Below are positions 13,122-28,000 of a DNA stretch of 64,000 nt, piece by piece. The notes beneath the pieces are model-generated. The model saw only the letters and a program-made list of their open reading frames with translations. It was not told the DNA's origin and made no database searches. Made by a program: the position numbers and the translations under genes. Source of the stretch: Kudoa neothunni (Eukaryota; Animalia; Cnidaria); assembly GCA_964304625.1 (NCBI GenBank), contig OZ199838.1, positions 16,145,731-16,209,730 on the forward strand. The letters are read 5' to 3'. Numbering within the stretch: the first letter of the stretch is position 1; every line of letters begins with the position of its first letter.

Positions 13122-15196
13122 TTTACTAAACAATATTAAATATTACTATAAATCAAATCAAATCAAATATGCGCACGACTATAAATCATGATTAGAAATT
13201 TTTTATTAATTGTATAAAAAAAATACTTAAAATATTTATTTTACGATTCAAATAAATGATTCTTTTTTAGAAATAAATTCGTTTCTTATTTAAAATTAGC
13301 GATTAAAAGTTACACCAGAATAATTCCAACCAAATCTAACCTAAATAATAATCTATAATATTACTTAACAAAAATTTAATATAATCTTGTATAATCAATA
13401 ATTTAATTAAAATCTGTAAGATATTTTATTTTATAGGAAATCGTAAGAAAAATTTTTAATATCTAATACAACATTGTACAGCCTTCCTCCAGATATCCAT
13501 TAGTTATATTTATAAAAACAATAATTAAAGCATATATTTTATTATAATATTTATTGTTAATCATTATTTGGAGTTGTTATTAATTATTTTATCTATTAAA
13601 ATATGCTAATTTATTAGGTATGTTTTAATTAATTTTCTCAAAATATATTATTAAGGAATTTATTTAGTTTTACTTATTATAAGTTAATTCATTGGATACC
13701 TATATATAAATCTGTCATTAAAATCGCTATTTAAGAATCTAATTCCAATTTTGGTAAAATTATTAAAAAATGTGAAGAAAAAAGTATGATGATACTATAA
13801 ATAATTAATAGATGTCTTATATGATGATAAACATAACTTAAATCTAAAAATTATGATAAATAATTTGGTTTGCAACATAAATAAAGTAATTTTTTTCATT
13901 TGTGTATTATTCCTGTGAGTTTTTGGTTTAGCCCAATTAGTGTCTCTCCCATATGTCTGTCTGATTTAAAAATTCGTTATTAAAGTTTAGAGGTGTCACC
14001 CATGAAAATTTCCTTGGGGATTTAAACCATATTCTTATTATCAAATCCTATTATTAATAATTAAAAAATTTCAATAGGTAAATAGATTTCGTCTATCCAA
14101 AAATATCGTTGGCATTGGGAGGCAAAATTTTGCTTCAAGGGTCAGGTAGCTCTAAAGTAAATTCAGGAAAGAATTAACGTTTGAAAACGTAAATAGCACA
14201 ACAATTAAAATATGTGTTTAATTTAGATATTCTGAATAAACTGACCTTATGGTATTCCAAATTATTGGTATTTAACATGAGTTCACAAAACGTTCGTGTG
14301 GCGAGGGAATGTGTCTATATATTAGAGATGGTATAAAAGTTAGTTTTTAATTTAAATATTTCAGTCTAATTAAAATTGTTCTATAAATAGAAGGAAGAGT
14401 TTTCCTATTCCAAACTTTTCTTTACACCAAACATTCCTACCAATTGTTTGCTAAAGTTTCTGTTGGGATGTTTTTACCTTTAAATGAATTATTTTATGTT
14501 AATATAACAATGCTTATTAATTTATATTGATTAAATTTGGAGAAAACTTATGAGTCATTATCGTATTAATCTCATTAAATCATTCACAGAAGTTCCCAAA
14601 AATTTACGTGTTCCCTCGGAAATTTAGGAAATACATCCGGAAATAATTAACTCAAAAAATCGTTATTTTAATAATATTTAACACTTTTCGTACGAATGTA
14701 AATTGATTTAAACATGGATAAAAATTCCTCATCAATTTGTCCATGGGTGCTGTATGTAAAGTAAAAAAAAGTAATTAGTTCATAATAAATTACAGCGGCC
14801 ACTTAAATTAACGATGCAAAAAAAATATTATCTGTTAGTTTAAATTAATACATTTAAATTTTTCAGAAATGTTGACTCTTTCTAAAGTTATCCACAGCGT
14901 CATTATATTACTATAATATTAATATATGGTCGTATTATATTTGTAGGTATACATTCTTCCGCAAGCTCGTAAATTTATTTTTGTTAATAATTAAAAAAAT
15001 GTTTAACAATTATAACGCATATAAATCTTAACTTTAACTAACATTATATAATTTTTAATAGGCGAAATAAATAAAATTTATTTTTTCCACAGAAAGGTTT
15101 TTTCACATGTCATACTAAAATGTCTAAAAAATTAAATTACAGGTTATTTTTAGGAAAAATATAATTATGATTTATTTTTGTCGAGATTTTATTTAA

Positions 15197-16575
15197 CCCT
15201 CTAGGGGGCTAGGGGTCTTTAGACCACAAAACGATTTTAATTTGTCCATAGAATATTTAATAATTAACTGGGGTACATATAATTTCGTCAATTCTCCTAA
15301 ATTATTTAAATAAATAGACTCATAAAATTATTGATGTGTAATATCGATTATTTCTTATCAAACGAAATTTTTATCCTCCAACGGGCTTTGGGGTAAAAAA
15401 GACCCCCGAATTTTTTTGATATAATGTATGTAGAAAATTGTTATAAGATAATTAGGAAATTTATAAAATAATTTTTCCAATAAATGCTGAGAAATTCAGC
15501 AATTATTAATCAATATAATCCACAATAATCCGATTAAGTATGTAAATCGGAACATGTCGTAAACCGTCATTTAAATGAATGCCTTAAAGTCAATATTTAT
15601 TAGCTAAAAAAAACAAAATTAAGACATTACCCACATGTGCTAGTAATAAATAAACTTCTACAAAATAAGCTATAGATAATTTAAGCCTTAGGACCGTATA
15701 TGAGAGTTAACAAGAAATATACACCAATTTTATCATTTGCTGCGCTCATTGAGATAATCATGGCACCGTCCGAGGATTTTAGCGATGAATATCAACGTTT
15801 AAGTAGCGACATTGATGAAACCGTTCTCGAATATTCTGGAGAATCCGATGATACATCAGATTGCGAACATCCTGCGGATTCTACGACAAGCATAAGTGGA
15901 ATACTTTGGACATTGAATAAGCCACCTCCATCAAAAATGCTGAAGGAGGATATTATGAATCCTCGTCCTGAGCTAACAGCTTATTACATACAAAGAGTCA
16001 AAAACATGTTGGACTGTTTTTTTATATTCTTCGTCAATGAAATTTGCCAGGAAATAATAAAGCAAACAAACGTTCACGGGAAATTATACTTTCTGATTTA
16101 TGGAATGATTTAGACGACGCTGACTCATGATGGTCATTTACAATATGTTGGATTTGACTCTATAAACACATATTTAACGATTTCACAAAATTGAGACACA
16201 ATTTTCTGAAAGAAATGACTGAGAGTTGTATAAACCTCTTTTTAAAATAAATTCCCAAATGAAAAAATGTTTAAAAAGATCTCATCCAACTTCTATGGAA
16301 ACATGCAACTTTACAGGTTCAAATACTCAAAATGTGGAAGTTTTTATTGTCGCGCCCACTCGTCAAATAAATGTCTAAATTGCTAGCTATTAAAATCCAA
16401 ACTTATTTGGGAACCTTGGAAATATTTTATCTTTTATTTTTTACTAACATGTTATTTCTCAATGTTACATAAGCAGAAGTTTCCCATATTTTCCTCATAA
16501 GTTTATACTAATTTTCTGCATGCATGAAATAAAAAAAAAACTTGGGCCTTTATTATCCCAAAGTCCGTTGGAGGG
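15197..16575 (+). mobile_element. piggyBac family P1, internally deleted relic
   Basis: TTAA|CCCTCTAG left end. The subterminal repeat cctccaacgggctttggggtaaaaaagacccc has an inverted copy at ~16542-16575. It retains the acidic N-terminal transposase remnant MAPSEDFSDEY..WTLNKPPP and a Cys-rich C-terminal remnant. Confidence 0.8.
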
Positions 16576-17069
16576 TACAAAACTGTCGCTACTACTTTTA
16601 TTTTTCAATTATATTGAAATATTCAGAGTTGAAATAATATAAAATTTCTTGTATCATGGTCTCTTTTGCGTTTTTATCATGGATACTTATGCTCTTCTTT
16701 GCATTGCTACATTGAACATATTCTAATTTGTATGATGACTACACATTAAACTTAGCTCATTCCAGGGTTATATCTTAGAAAATACAAATCTTTGAATAAA
16801 AGTTGATTTAAAAAGGATATTTAAATTTGACAAAAAGATCGATCGATTATGATCGCAATGGTGAAAGCTATATTTCAAATATTTGAACTAATTTTTGGTG
16901 ACCAAACAACTAATTATTTTTTTCTCAAATGTATACAATTTAATTATATTAAATAGCTGCGTATCAGAAAATGCCCCTTCGTGTGTTAGTTCGTGTCATG
17001 AGCGAACGAGGTTTTCTTCATAAGTATAAACACGAACGAAACCATTCGTGCTTTTCGTGTGCGATGATG

Positions 17070-18456
17070 GTGGTAAAGTATGCGGTGTAATGGACGAGGG
17101 TCGAACCAATGACCCTCAAACCTAAAAGTGGCAAAACCTTATTGCTTGACTATGGACCATAGCGCTGGCGCACGATTAAGCGCTATTGTTAATATGAGGA
17201 TACGCCACAGCGACACCTAAAAACGCCCTCTTGCGAATGTTTATCGAATTTCTTTTTTCACGATTTTCCACGATAAAATAAAAGAATATGGAGAGATAAA
17301 ATTTAGCTCAAAATAATAATTTCTAAATTTTAAGAATTTTTCATCCGAACGCTGTCGGATACACGTGTAATCTCCACATTTTTTCAACAAACATTGAATT
17401 TTTTCGTTTCTCTCTTAGTTATTAACTCAATAATTATTTATTATCACTATTGATATATAACAGTTTTATATGGACTAACTTTTATAATAAATTTATTGCG
17501 TGTTTCCCAAAATCGTCTCATTTTTCCTAATAAAAATACCTTATGAATTTTAAAAAAGAGATGCTAATGTCGTACAATTTTTTTTAGTTTATATTTTTTT
17601 TAATTTAATTTGTTTTTAGTAATTAAGAATTTATTCAATTTTTATTATTAAAATTCAGAAACCTATTTTTTAAAATGAAAATATACAACTGTTGTACCTC
17701 GTAGTCTGTGTGATATATTGAAAACAAAATAATAAGCAACATTTTTATTGTTTTTTAAGTTGTTGTATATGTCAAAATTTAGTAACAACAAATTCGAACC
17801 AATATACGAATTGAGGATATTCCTATGTGTAAATTTAACACCTTAACTATGGCTATTATTTTGATCAGTACACATATAATTGACTAAAATTAATAAATTT
17901 ATAGAAATAACAATTCTTTGAATTTAATAACAATATTTTTACGTTTATCGAATATTATATTAAACACACACGTAAGAATTCCTCTAATAAAGTAATAACT
18001 TCATATAATCAACTTTAAATTAGTTACCTATTGAAATTATACGTTTATCTAAAATATAGTTTTGATTTATTTTTCGAAAACTCGTCAGTTCTAATAATAT
18101 TAAGAAAATGCTTCTTAGAGAACGTGGTTGTCCTGGTTTTTAAACTATTCACAATTAAAACCAATAAAAACATGTATAGATAAATCTGATATTGTAAAAT
18201 TTATGTTCATATGCTAAAAAGTATGAACAATAACCAACTTTTGAGTGATTATAAAAACAAATTAGACAACAATTCCATGTTTGTTGAAAAAAAGATGGAG
18301 ATTACACGTGTATCCGACAGCGTTCGGATGAAAAATTCTTATAATTCAAAACTTATTATTTTAAGCTAAATTTTATCTCTCCATATTCTTTTATTTTATT
18401 ATGAACATGCACAAAAGGGCGTTTTTAGGTGCCGCATACTTTACCATTACCAAAAA
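17070..18456. mobile_element. Long-TIR (~200-250 bp) non-autonomous foldback/MITE, copy 1, nested in hAT H1
   Basis: Left arm ggtaaagtatgcgg..cacctaaaaacgccc..catccgaacgctgtcggatacacgtgtaatctcca is the reverse complement of 18270-18450. No ORF inside. Confidence 0.8.
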
Positions 18457-18834
18457 GATCTTAGATATGAAATTAATATCAAAATTTAAGCGAAGAAAAA
18501 CATGAGACATTGAATATAAACAATTAAGATATTTACCTTGATTTATTGGAATTTTTGAGGTATGTTACCCCATATCATAATATCAATATTTTATTACAAA
18601 ATAAAAATTAGATATCAGTGTTTTTTTCAAAGGTAATTAAATTGACTTACGAAACAGAGCCTCGTTATATTAAGTTACGCTATAGTCAAATCTGTCTAAA
18701 CATTTTTTAGAATGACAAAAATACTTTCAAAGTCTAATAATTAGAAGTGAATTTTTAAGTGGCTGAGTTAGGTTTGTTCAATTTGCTTTTGAGATAATGC
18801 AAAATAACACATAATAAAGAAGAGTGAATTAAAT

Positions 18835-20800
18835 TTACTCCGGAAGAGTCTTAGTTTGAATATTATTAGTATGAACTACTAATTTTCTTAATGTGTTTTG
18901 TTCAAGTCTATATCTAGACTTGGATAAAATTTTTCCAGCGTATGAAAACACCCGTTCTGACATTGAGCTGGATGCTGGTCGGCTGTATACGTTAATTGCA
19001 GTTTTTTGAGATTTTCTTTCTTTGATTTTTCCCAATAAACGAGCGGATTTTCGTAGACTTGGTTGACTTTTTCTCGGATGTACAGTTGAATTTCTGATTG
19101 AAATTCTTGTGAGTCACTATCCAGCTCATAACATATTGAATGGTTTTTCAAAGATTCCAGGCTCTTTGGGATTAATTCTAATTTTTTTCAATGTTTGTTA
19201 CAAGCAATGATTTATCATCAAATTCTTTTTTTTAATGGATAATTTGGTTCAACTATGCCATAAAAAACGACTCAACGTGGTTTATCACGAAATTTAATTA
19301 TTTATTTCGCAGACTTCACTCAATAAATTTGAATTTATTAAAATTTGGGTGGAGAAAAGCCGCGATTTTATGGTTGATATCAATACTTTGTGTGCATTTT
19401 TCGTCCAATAAACTTTCCAAAGACATACAATAATCGCCCATAAGAGTTTCATGTTGCATTTGAATCATTGCTTTGATACGATGAAATATAATAAAAACCT
19501 AACAATAATATAAAAAACGAAACTTAAACGAATTACAAAATGTGATAATGGTCTATTCACTTCCTCCTACTGATCAAATAAATCGGAAAATATTTTGAAA
19601 AATTCAACTATAGCAACACATTCGTTCCTGTCCAATCCATCAAAGTATTTTTTAGCTGGATGATTTTCTAGCACACCCTCCAAACTATCGAAACACGCCA
19701 CCAACGTCCTATATCGATCGCAGAGACCTCTCCATGGTCGCGTAGCTGAGCCCCATTGTATTTTCAATTAAAATACAATGGACTGTAAATCTGCCGTTTT
19801 TTGAACAGATCCGCACAGTTTGTCAACATTCACCCTTAGTATGGATAGACCGGATGTGCTGTTTGTACTGAGATCCCAAGTTACCCATAATAAACAAATC
19901 GAAATTAGATATTATAGCGAAAGTGAAATTTATTTATAAACTTAGTGATAAAAAATGTCATCAATAAAAATTATTTAAATTTAGATTATAACAGTTTTAT
20001 CTTGATTTACCAAACAGAATTATTATAGGAGATCAAGATAGCATATCGTTAATTACATCACTTTTACATTTATTTACTCACCTAAATTTTTACATCAATT
20101 TAATACATAAAATACCTTGGGATATAATAGTGTGAAGGCGGTGAGCAGCACATCTGGTTGTGTTGAACTCTCTTAGACCAGATAGATTGTTTTCTACGGA
20201 ATCATAAACAATTCTTAGATCAGATTTGTTAAGTGAAAATTTACTACAAAATTCCGTGCAGATTTTATTTATATTTTTTGCAATGTGTTTTACAGGATAA
20301 TAGATCATGTCATTTTGGAAATGTTGAAGGGTGAAATTTTTAACAAATAACACTGATATATCAATGAATGAATTGATTTTGGCATTATCAGTTCAAATAT
20401 CAACGGTTAGGCTCATACTCATTCATGATTATTTTATTAGCGCATTTTTTGGATAAAATCTTAAGCCTAGCACTAGGTTCATTGAACTTTCTGTCTAAGT
20501 AAAATGCGAAGTTTATCATCTCAATAAACGATGCACTTTCCGTTATTGTAAACGAAGAGATTGTTTCAACTACACAATTAGTTATTTTAGTGCCAAACCT
20601 TACCTGAAATGATACGCTTAAATTAACAATAGAAGGAGGTGAAACAAATAATTCACTAATTTTTATATCTTTATTTGTTTGAGTATGTAACTTATTATGA
20701 CTAATAAATTTCCTATTCCCCTAAGACGACTTATACGGAAATATTTTGTTGCACCTTGTGCAAACAATAAAATCAATTGAGGATGTTTTAACTCTCTCCA
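18835..20800 (-). pseudogene. hAT transposase H1, fragmented
   Basis: BED-finger remnant (CTRC..H..H, ~20690-20770), RCAAHRLH, ATRPWRGL and the C-terminal dimerization motif PASSSMSERVFSYAGKILSKSRYRL. Many stops and frameshifts. Confidence 0.85.
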
Positions 20801-22039
20801 CACTCAATTTGGACATAATGTAACTAAAAGAAGACATGAACACGAACGAAGGGGCACTGTCTGCTGAGTATATTATTACGCGCGCGCGCGCAAAATAAAG
20901 TAAAATTGGACGTTACCAATTTCACACACATTTTTTCCGCAACCCCGATTAACGACTGTGCTTTCATTTAAAAATTATTTAACGGTTTTACCAAAGTTTG
21001 CTCATTTAATTATGCTATTTAATAAATAATTGAATAATTTTCTGTCATGTGCGCGCGAAAAAGTACATAAAACCAGTCACTGACTTTAGTATGTTTCCTC
21101 ATCTTTTTTATCCGTGAGCTATATTTTTTCCAAAAAATACCAGGTGACCTAAGTAAATATTGATGATATTTAATCGAATGAAGCGGTGGAAATTTAAATT
21201 TGTTTATTATATTATATCAATCATTTAATATAATCAAGTTTTATAATTGAAATTTTATACTGTTAATATAACATATATTTGCTGATCATTTTCCAGCTTT
21301 AATTTCTTGTTTTTAAACCAATGTTATTGAATTGTCAACTTATTTTGTATCAATTTTTCATTCTCTTTTTTTAATTATTTTCGTTAATCCCACATAATTT
21401 ATATTTAAATATAAGTTTTGTATTGGTCGGTTTAATTATTAGTCAATTTTAAGAATTTAGTTTTATTGGTCCAATTGAATCGTTAAAAAGGTAAAATTAC
21501 TAATGTTTGTGGACTTGCCGCCGCCCATATTCAATGCAATGAACGCAAAATATTTTATATTTATAATTTCTCATTATTAATAAAAATATGAATAAATTGT
21601 AACATGTTTTCTGACAAATTCAATAAATTTAAATGTAACAGAAATATCGGATTCTTTCGAATATAACTCGCCACTATCTAATGCCAATATTTTTCAATAC
21701 TTCTGATGTGAAAAATAATTTAGCCAGATGATCGCTTGTTTTTTAATTATATAAAAAGTTAATATTAAAATATTCAATATTTTGTTTAATATAAACTTAA
21801 AACAGAAAAAAATTATTTTGAAATACTTTTATTTTTAATTCATGTAATGTAAAAAAAATATTTTTAGATTAACTTAAAATAAATAATTTTTCTCACATAT
21901 AATCTTATTAAATATGAATGGTTATTGATCGTTTATGTTGAATAAGTTTAATATAATGAAGATTTTTATGTAACAATCAACTAATCAGCTTAATTATTAG
22001 TTTTTGTTTATTTTATAACGAAGTTCTATAATCAGAAAA

Positions 22040-25000
22040 ATGAGACAGAGTTATGCTGGTTTATTATGCCTTGTTGTTCTCACTGGTAATCCCTTCAAAT
22101 AAATATTATTCCGATTTTTTTTTAGTTTTTCAGTCTCAGTATAACTTCGTAAGTGATATTGATAATAATATAATGAAATTGGAATATTCGGACGATGATA
22201 ACAAATATCATATTTCGCTCTCTGGGTATAATATCGAAAATAGCCACAGAAAATGTGCTCTCCAATATTATGATAACATCACTAATGAACTTAAGAAAGT
22301 TCCTTCTTGTAAAACCGATATATCTAATGCAGTTGAAGATGAAGCAGCTCATATGTGTGCTTATGAATGCAAAAAAGTTACATTGAAATTCAGCGCGGAT
22401 GAATTTAAAAAAGTCAAATATTTCAAGTGGTGCCAAGGAAAAAATGATAAGGACGCTAAGAAATGCAATGTTAATAGAGCATTTTCAGTCAGAGGTATTT
22501 TAGAAAATTATATATAATTTAACGTTTTATTAGATATTTACTTAAAAAGTTATTTAAAAGCGACTAAAGGAATTGATGAATTCACTGTTACGGTTAAAAG
22601 CAAAAAAAATAATGCATTTACTTCAAAAATTGATGGAAAACAAGATCAGGTTCCTGCAACTGAAGGCTTTTATGATGAAAAAAATATAACATTGTACGCT
22701 AAATCACATGGTTTAAAATACGCCATAGAATTTACAAATAATTCACCAGAAATTCAGTTAAACCCCTTAAAGCCAGTAGAAGATTGGTTTATTTCAACTG
22801 GATCCGAGCATATAGTTGGTGATCAATATTATTACTCTATATCTCTTCAAAACCCATTACCTTCGAAAATGTGTTATTTTGGAATAAAACATATGGATGA
22901 CTCGCTGTTTTCCTCTTCCTGCTCAGATATGAACAAAGCTGGACCATGTCTCCAGCCTTGTCACAAAGCAACATTAAAATATTGGAAAGAGTTAAAATTT
23001 GCACAAGTAATGGTTAAATCATATGACAACCCAACATCAAAAGAATTTATTCAAACTGTTACATGTAATTAACTTTTTATGTGTATATAATTTTTAACGT
23101 AAAATAAGTTAAGAATGATCAACCAAAAGTTACGACTACGAATAACCAATCAACTATTCCTTTAACTAATTTAAATATGAATGAAGATGGCACCACTGGT
23201 CCAACCGGTTCGGCAATTAACGAAATTAAAATAATAAAGAAATTTCTTGGAATTAGCTCTACTTGGAAAGTCGTTACATGTACTGACGGATGTACTACAA
23301 ATTCTGGCCCAATAACTATTACCTCATTGGACGACCTAACAGAATACGTTCTCAGAGTTAAAATATCTGGATTAACAACAGTGGATTCTTCTGAAGTTAA
23401 TTATTATCATAGATATTTTTATTTCAAAACAAAAGGTACTAATGAATGTTTACTGTTGCTTTTATATTCACGAGTAGGAAAGGAATTTTCTGGATCAAAG
23501 AGTATTAGCTTCGCCCCTGCATCAGATACACATACAAAATTATTTGTTACTCCATCCAAACTTTTTACTGATGGGACAAATGAAAATACTAATTGTCAAT
23601 TATACTACTCAACGGGAGAAACTGATCCCTCTAAATTACCTGCTACATGTGAAATAGGCAATAAAAAGCAATTCTGTTTGGATAAATGCACTAGCACTTT
23701 CACAGTAGTGAACCTTGACCCAATGACCAACTATAAATTTACTGTTTGCTCTGAAGGATACACATGCTTCGAATACACCACTCAGAAAGAAAGTAATATT
23801 TACAATTTTGTAAGATAATAAGTATTTTTATAGCAACCGGTGTTACGCCCACTATTACACCTAGTTATGTTAGCTCATCCAAAACATCAAAAATCACTAT
23901 AGGTACTCAACCTGGAATTAGTGATAGCGCTTGGAGATATTTACTGATAGAAAAAACATCAAAAATAACAGTTAATGATTGTTTAAATTCCGCGTGCAAA
24001 CCTACAGTATCATCTAACGTTCTAAATTTTGATTGGGCTGAACTTAATTCTGATCTTACGTACAGCATAGTTCTGTTTAACAAAGATTACACTAATCCGA
24101 AGATAGCTGATATAGAAAGTATTTCTCGATTATTACAAAGTTTGAAACTTTATAGATAATCAGGTGGAAAGCACCGGTCCATTGATTCTACAATACGACG
24201 CATCCGCTAAAAAATATAAGTTAAAATTTAAAGAGAACCCGATAATTGTAAGCGAAAAGGAGTGCACTGTCAAAAAGTCGAAATCAATGACAAATGATTA
24301 TGAGATTACTAGTTATGAAGACACAAGAATTACAAAAAATTGCAACGACCTTACAGGAGAAATAGATATTAGTATTGATACTTCAAATAAGCTTTATTAC
24401 ATTTCTGTCTCTTATGAATATACTGAAGGAGCGGGCGAAAAAACATTAATATCAGGTATCCCGAAACCATTAGTTTCAAAATCAATTTTGTTTAAAGACG
24501 TTAAAAGCCCTCCAGTAATAATTAAAAAAAGCAAAATTGAAAAAGTGACAATAGAGAGAAATTTAGAAGAAATGGGTGATGGGGAAGAAGAAAAAAAACA
24601 ACAAGAAAATGAACGAGAAAAAAAAGCAGAATTCAGAACATCGAGACATGACAATGCACCAACACTACAAAAATCTAAGAAGGAAACGGTCCCGGAACCG
24701 TCTCCACCAATTAATTATCCTAAAGGAAAAGTCTTTTCAATTTTTTTAGGTAAAATATAATTAATGTATTTTATAATTATGATTTAAGATTATTACGAAG
24801 AGATAACATATACAGCATCATATGATGGTGGAAAAATAAAATTAGGATTGAATAAATGTTCATTAAACTGTGGCGTGTATAAAGATAATGTCGTAGTTAC
24901 ACCCACAACAGGAACAAAATCACCTTCAAGCGGTACCTGCAACATCGAAAGCTACTCAATACCATTTACAGAGTTGGTCGAAGACTATTATATAAGATGT

Positions 25001-28000
25001 CCTAAGCATTTTGATTTTCATTACTATTACGATAATAGTTTTGTAAAAAGCCACGCTCCAATATTTAACCGTTTTTATTATCAATTGGGTGTGGACGAAA
25101 CCAAAAAACAGTTAGAAGTAAAATTAATTAACAAAGAACCATCTGAAATATGCACGTTTGAATGGATTGACACGACGGCCTCATCATCTCTCCAATATTT
25201 TTCGAGTGAATGCAAAAACAAAGAAACTTGTTATTATGGCTTGTGCAGTAATATACGTTTCGGCAATGTTGCAGCTGAAGTGAAGGCAATCAAAATACGT
25301 GCGCTCAAGCTAGAAATGCCTCCTGTTATTGGCTACCAAAACAACATTTATTTATGTAGTAATTTTTTGTTTAGTTAAATTATTTTAAATTTAGTAAAAC
25401 ATGGAAGCGATATACCAGCCACGACGTCAGATAATAAGATAAAAATTGATATTATCAAATATAATGAGGAGGGCGACCAACAAGTTATTAGTTCTAGTTC
25501 CGTGAAATGTGAAATAAAGAAATGGAACACGTATGCACCTTTGGTTAGCGAAATGGATAGGATAAATGTCTCCGATCAAACGTGTAATTTCCAAGAATTA
25601 AAAATATCACCAGTCGTAACTACCTTGCCCAGTGATATTATGGTAACCTTAACAAATATTCCAAATTATACACCGAGGAAATATTATTACCACAAAATTG
25701 GTAATATTTTTCTGTACTATAATAATTAATTATTTTTCTAGCTCAACAAAATGATATGAGTATAGCTTCTACCGAATCTGTTAGAGTTAAAGCAGACGGA
25801 TTCACACTCACACCACATTCGCAAGAAACAACGAGCATATGTAATATCTACATTAAAGTAAATAAGGCAACAGAGTATTATCCTGCTACATGTTCAGAAA
25901 ACAAATTATGCGTTGATAAATGCAGCACTCAATTTACCATCGAAGGACTCTATTCCGGCACCAGCTACGATATAATGATTATACCTAATGGAGGTTATAA
26001 TGTTAAAACCATCGTAAATAAGCAGACACGTACTTATATTAAATTTTTAAAATGATTAAATATACTTTAGTTGGCAGTACTGTAAAATTCGAGATTTCCA
26101 GTGATTCTACTAAAAACAATCTTAAGGTGGTATCGAAAGGAAATATTGATAGTGATAGTACCACAGATTGTTACTATCAATTTTATAAGCATGAATCAAA
26201 TGCTAGTAATCAATACTTTTTAATTAATGATTAAGAATGTTTAGCTTCGCCAACAACAATATCAAAGTCATGTATTGGATGTATATCGGGAGACGAACTT
26301 AAGAAATGTAATGATATGCAGTTTGATTCCACAGTGTATAATCATAACAATAATTACCGCTTATTGATATATGCAAAAGAAAAAACAGCACCATTTAAAC
26401 TTGACATACCAGGTTATTTGACGTAGATATACGTTTTGTATATTTATGTAGCATTTTCAAGGATGGGAATGTTTAAACAAAAATTTATGGCAGCTACTGG
26501 CGATGACATGGAAAAATTATCTGTAACATTATCGGGGTTTACAAATAATTTTAAATGTTCCATAAAAATTTCAAATTTCGAGCCTGTTCCCACATTTGCC
26601 AAGCCGACATGTTCATCTAATATTGTCGAAAACGACTGTATTATAGATTGCAGCCGGAGTGATTTCGAAATTGGACATATTAACTCAAAAGTTGATCGTT
26701 ACATTTTGATTTGTTATGGTTCGGATGAAACGAAAGCACAAAGTTGTAGATCAGTTTCTGTTTATGCCATAAAAATGGGTATATTCATTATTAACGTGCA
26801 TTATTATTTATGATCATTTTACTAATTAATCAATTTTTTAAGATTACTCGCAAAAAAATACGTACAAATTGACATATGATGATGGGAAAATAAAATTTTC
26901 ATACAAAACAACATCTAAAACAGATTGGAGTGTTACAGTAGATGGAAACAACGATACGTTTAGTAACACAGAAAAAGAAAAGTTGAATCATTCAAATTAT
27001 TTGGACGCTCCAAAAGAAAAATCGGGAGTTTTTTCGATTGATAGATTTATGAGTTTTTATAAAATTAATTCCACAATTTTATGGCCTGGATTGATTTATT
27101 ACACAAACAACACGTTTTTGAATACAACGACTCCAATAAAGTCCCAAATTAATTATTCTATTTCAGCAGTTGATAGGGACAACGAAAAAATTAAAATAAC
27201 ATTCTCTCCCGGACCTTACAATAATGAAATGTGTCATATCAAAGTTTTTGAAGTTGACGCCAATGAACAAGAAAACAAAGAAAAGATATTGAATGAATGT
27301 GGAGATAGGTTGGGCGGATGCTATCAACTTTGTCAAGATGGAGTGATTAATTTAACACAGCAATATAATAAAATCGGAGTAATCGTTAAAAGACGATTTG
27401 ATAACCAAGAGTTCAAAGAATACTTTAAAAGTAATTATGAATTATTTTAAAAATTTTATTTTATTTAGAGGGAGACACTGGATTTTCATTGGATGGAATT
27501 TCTAACACGGGTGTAACGCTCAAGGGGCTGGGAGTTTATAAGATTATTCACGAAGAAAATTCAAGCCCTGTTTGTACCATTTACGTTACAATGGAAAATA
27601 AAATTTTACCTCAACAGCTAGCTCGATGCGACAAAAGTCAATGCAACACTGATTGTGATCCGTCGTACACCATTACTGATTTAAATCCCGGAACAAGTTA
27701 TATAATTTCAGTTAAAATTACAAATTTGGGATTTACTGGGGATTATATAAGGAAAATGAAATTTAGAACATGTAAATACAGAAAATGTTATAATTTTTTA
27801 AATTTATTTTAGCGGATGGAACAGCGTTACCTGCATCTGAAAAAGAAATTAAAATGAAGTCAGGCGTGGCTTTATTAACACCATTCAGTGATGATCCTTC
27901 CTTGCCAATTTGTAGAATATATATAAAGAAAGAAGGTCTACCACATCCAAAATATATGGCCACGTGTGATGAAATAGGAATTTGCGAACATAGATGTAGC

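Larger units (their letters stand above)
1890..14215 (+). repeat. Tandem segmental duplication unit 1 (family 1 gene A plus family 2 copy 1)
   Basis: Collinear with ~21750-29068 plus ~33477-37540, and with ~43550-50805 for the family 1 part. Boundaries approximate. Confidence 0.85.
16965..20863 (-). mobile_element. hAT DNA transposon (family H1), both ends present but decayed
   Basis: TIRs CAGAAAATGCCCCTTCG / CGAAGGGGCACTGTCTG; 8-bp TSD ctgcgtat / ctgagtat (7/8 match); subterminal cacgaacgaa repeats. Confidence 0.85.

Noticed and set aside
13890-14500. GC-richer minus-strand fragments upstream of family 2 copy 1
   Set aside because: Stops in all frames and no recognisable motif; at most an unidentifiable relic.
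23436-23477. Hydrophobic stretches such as ECLLLLLYSRV or YLMIIIYLWV in long ORFs, suggesting TM segments
   Set aside because: They are stop-free in-frame introns (GT..AG, ~42 nt) read through by the ORF finder.
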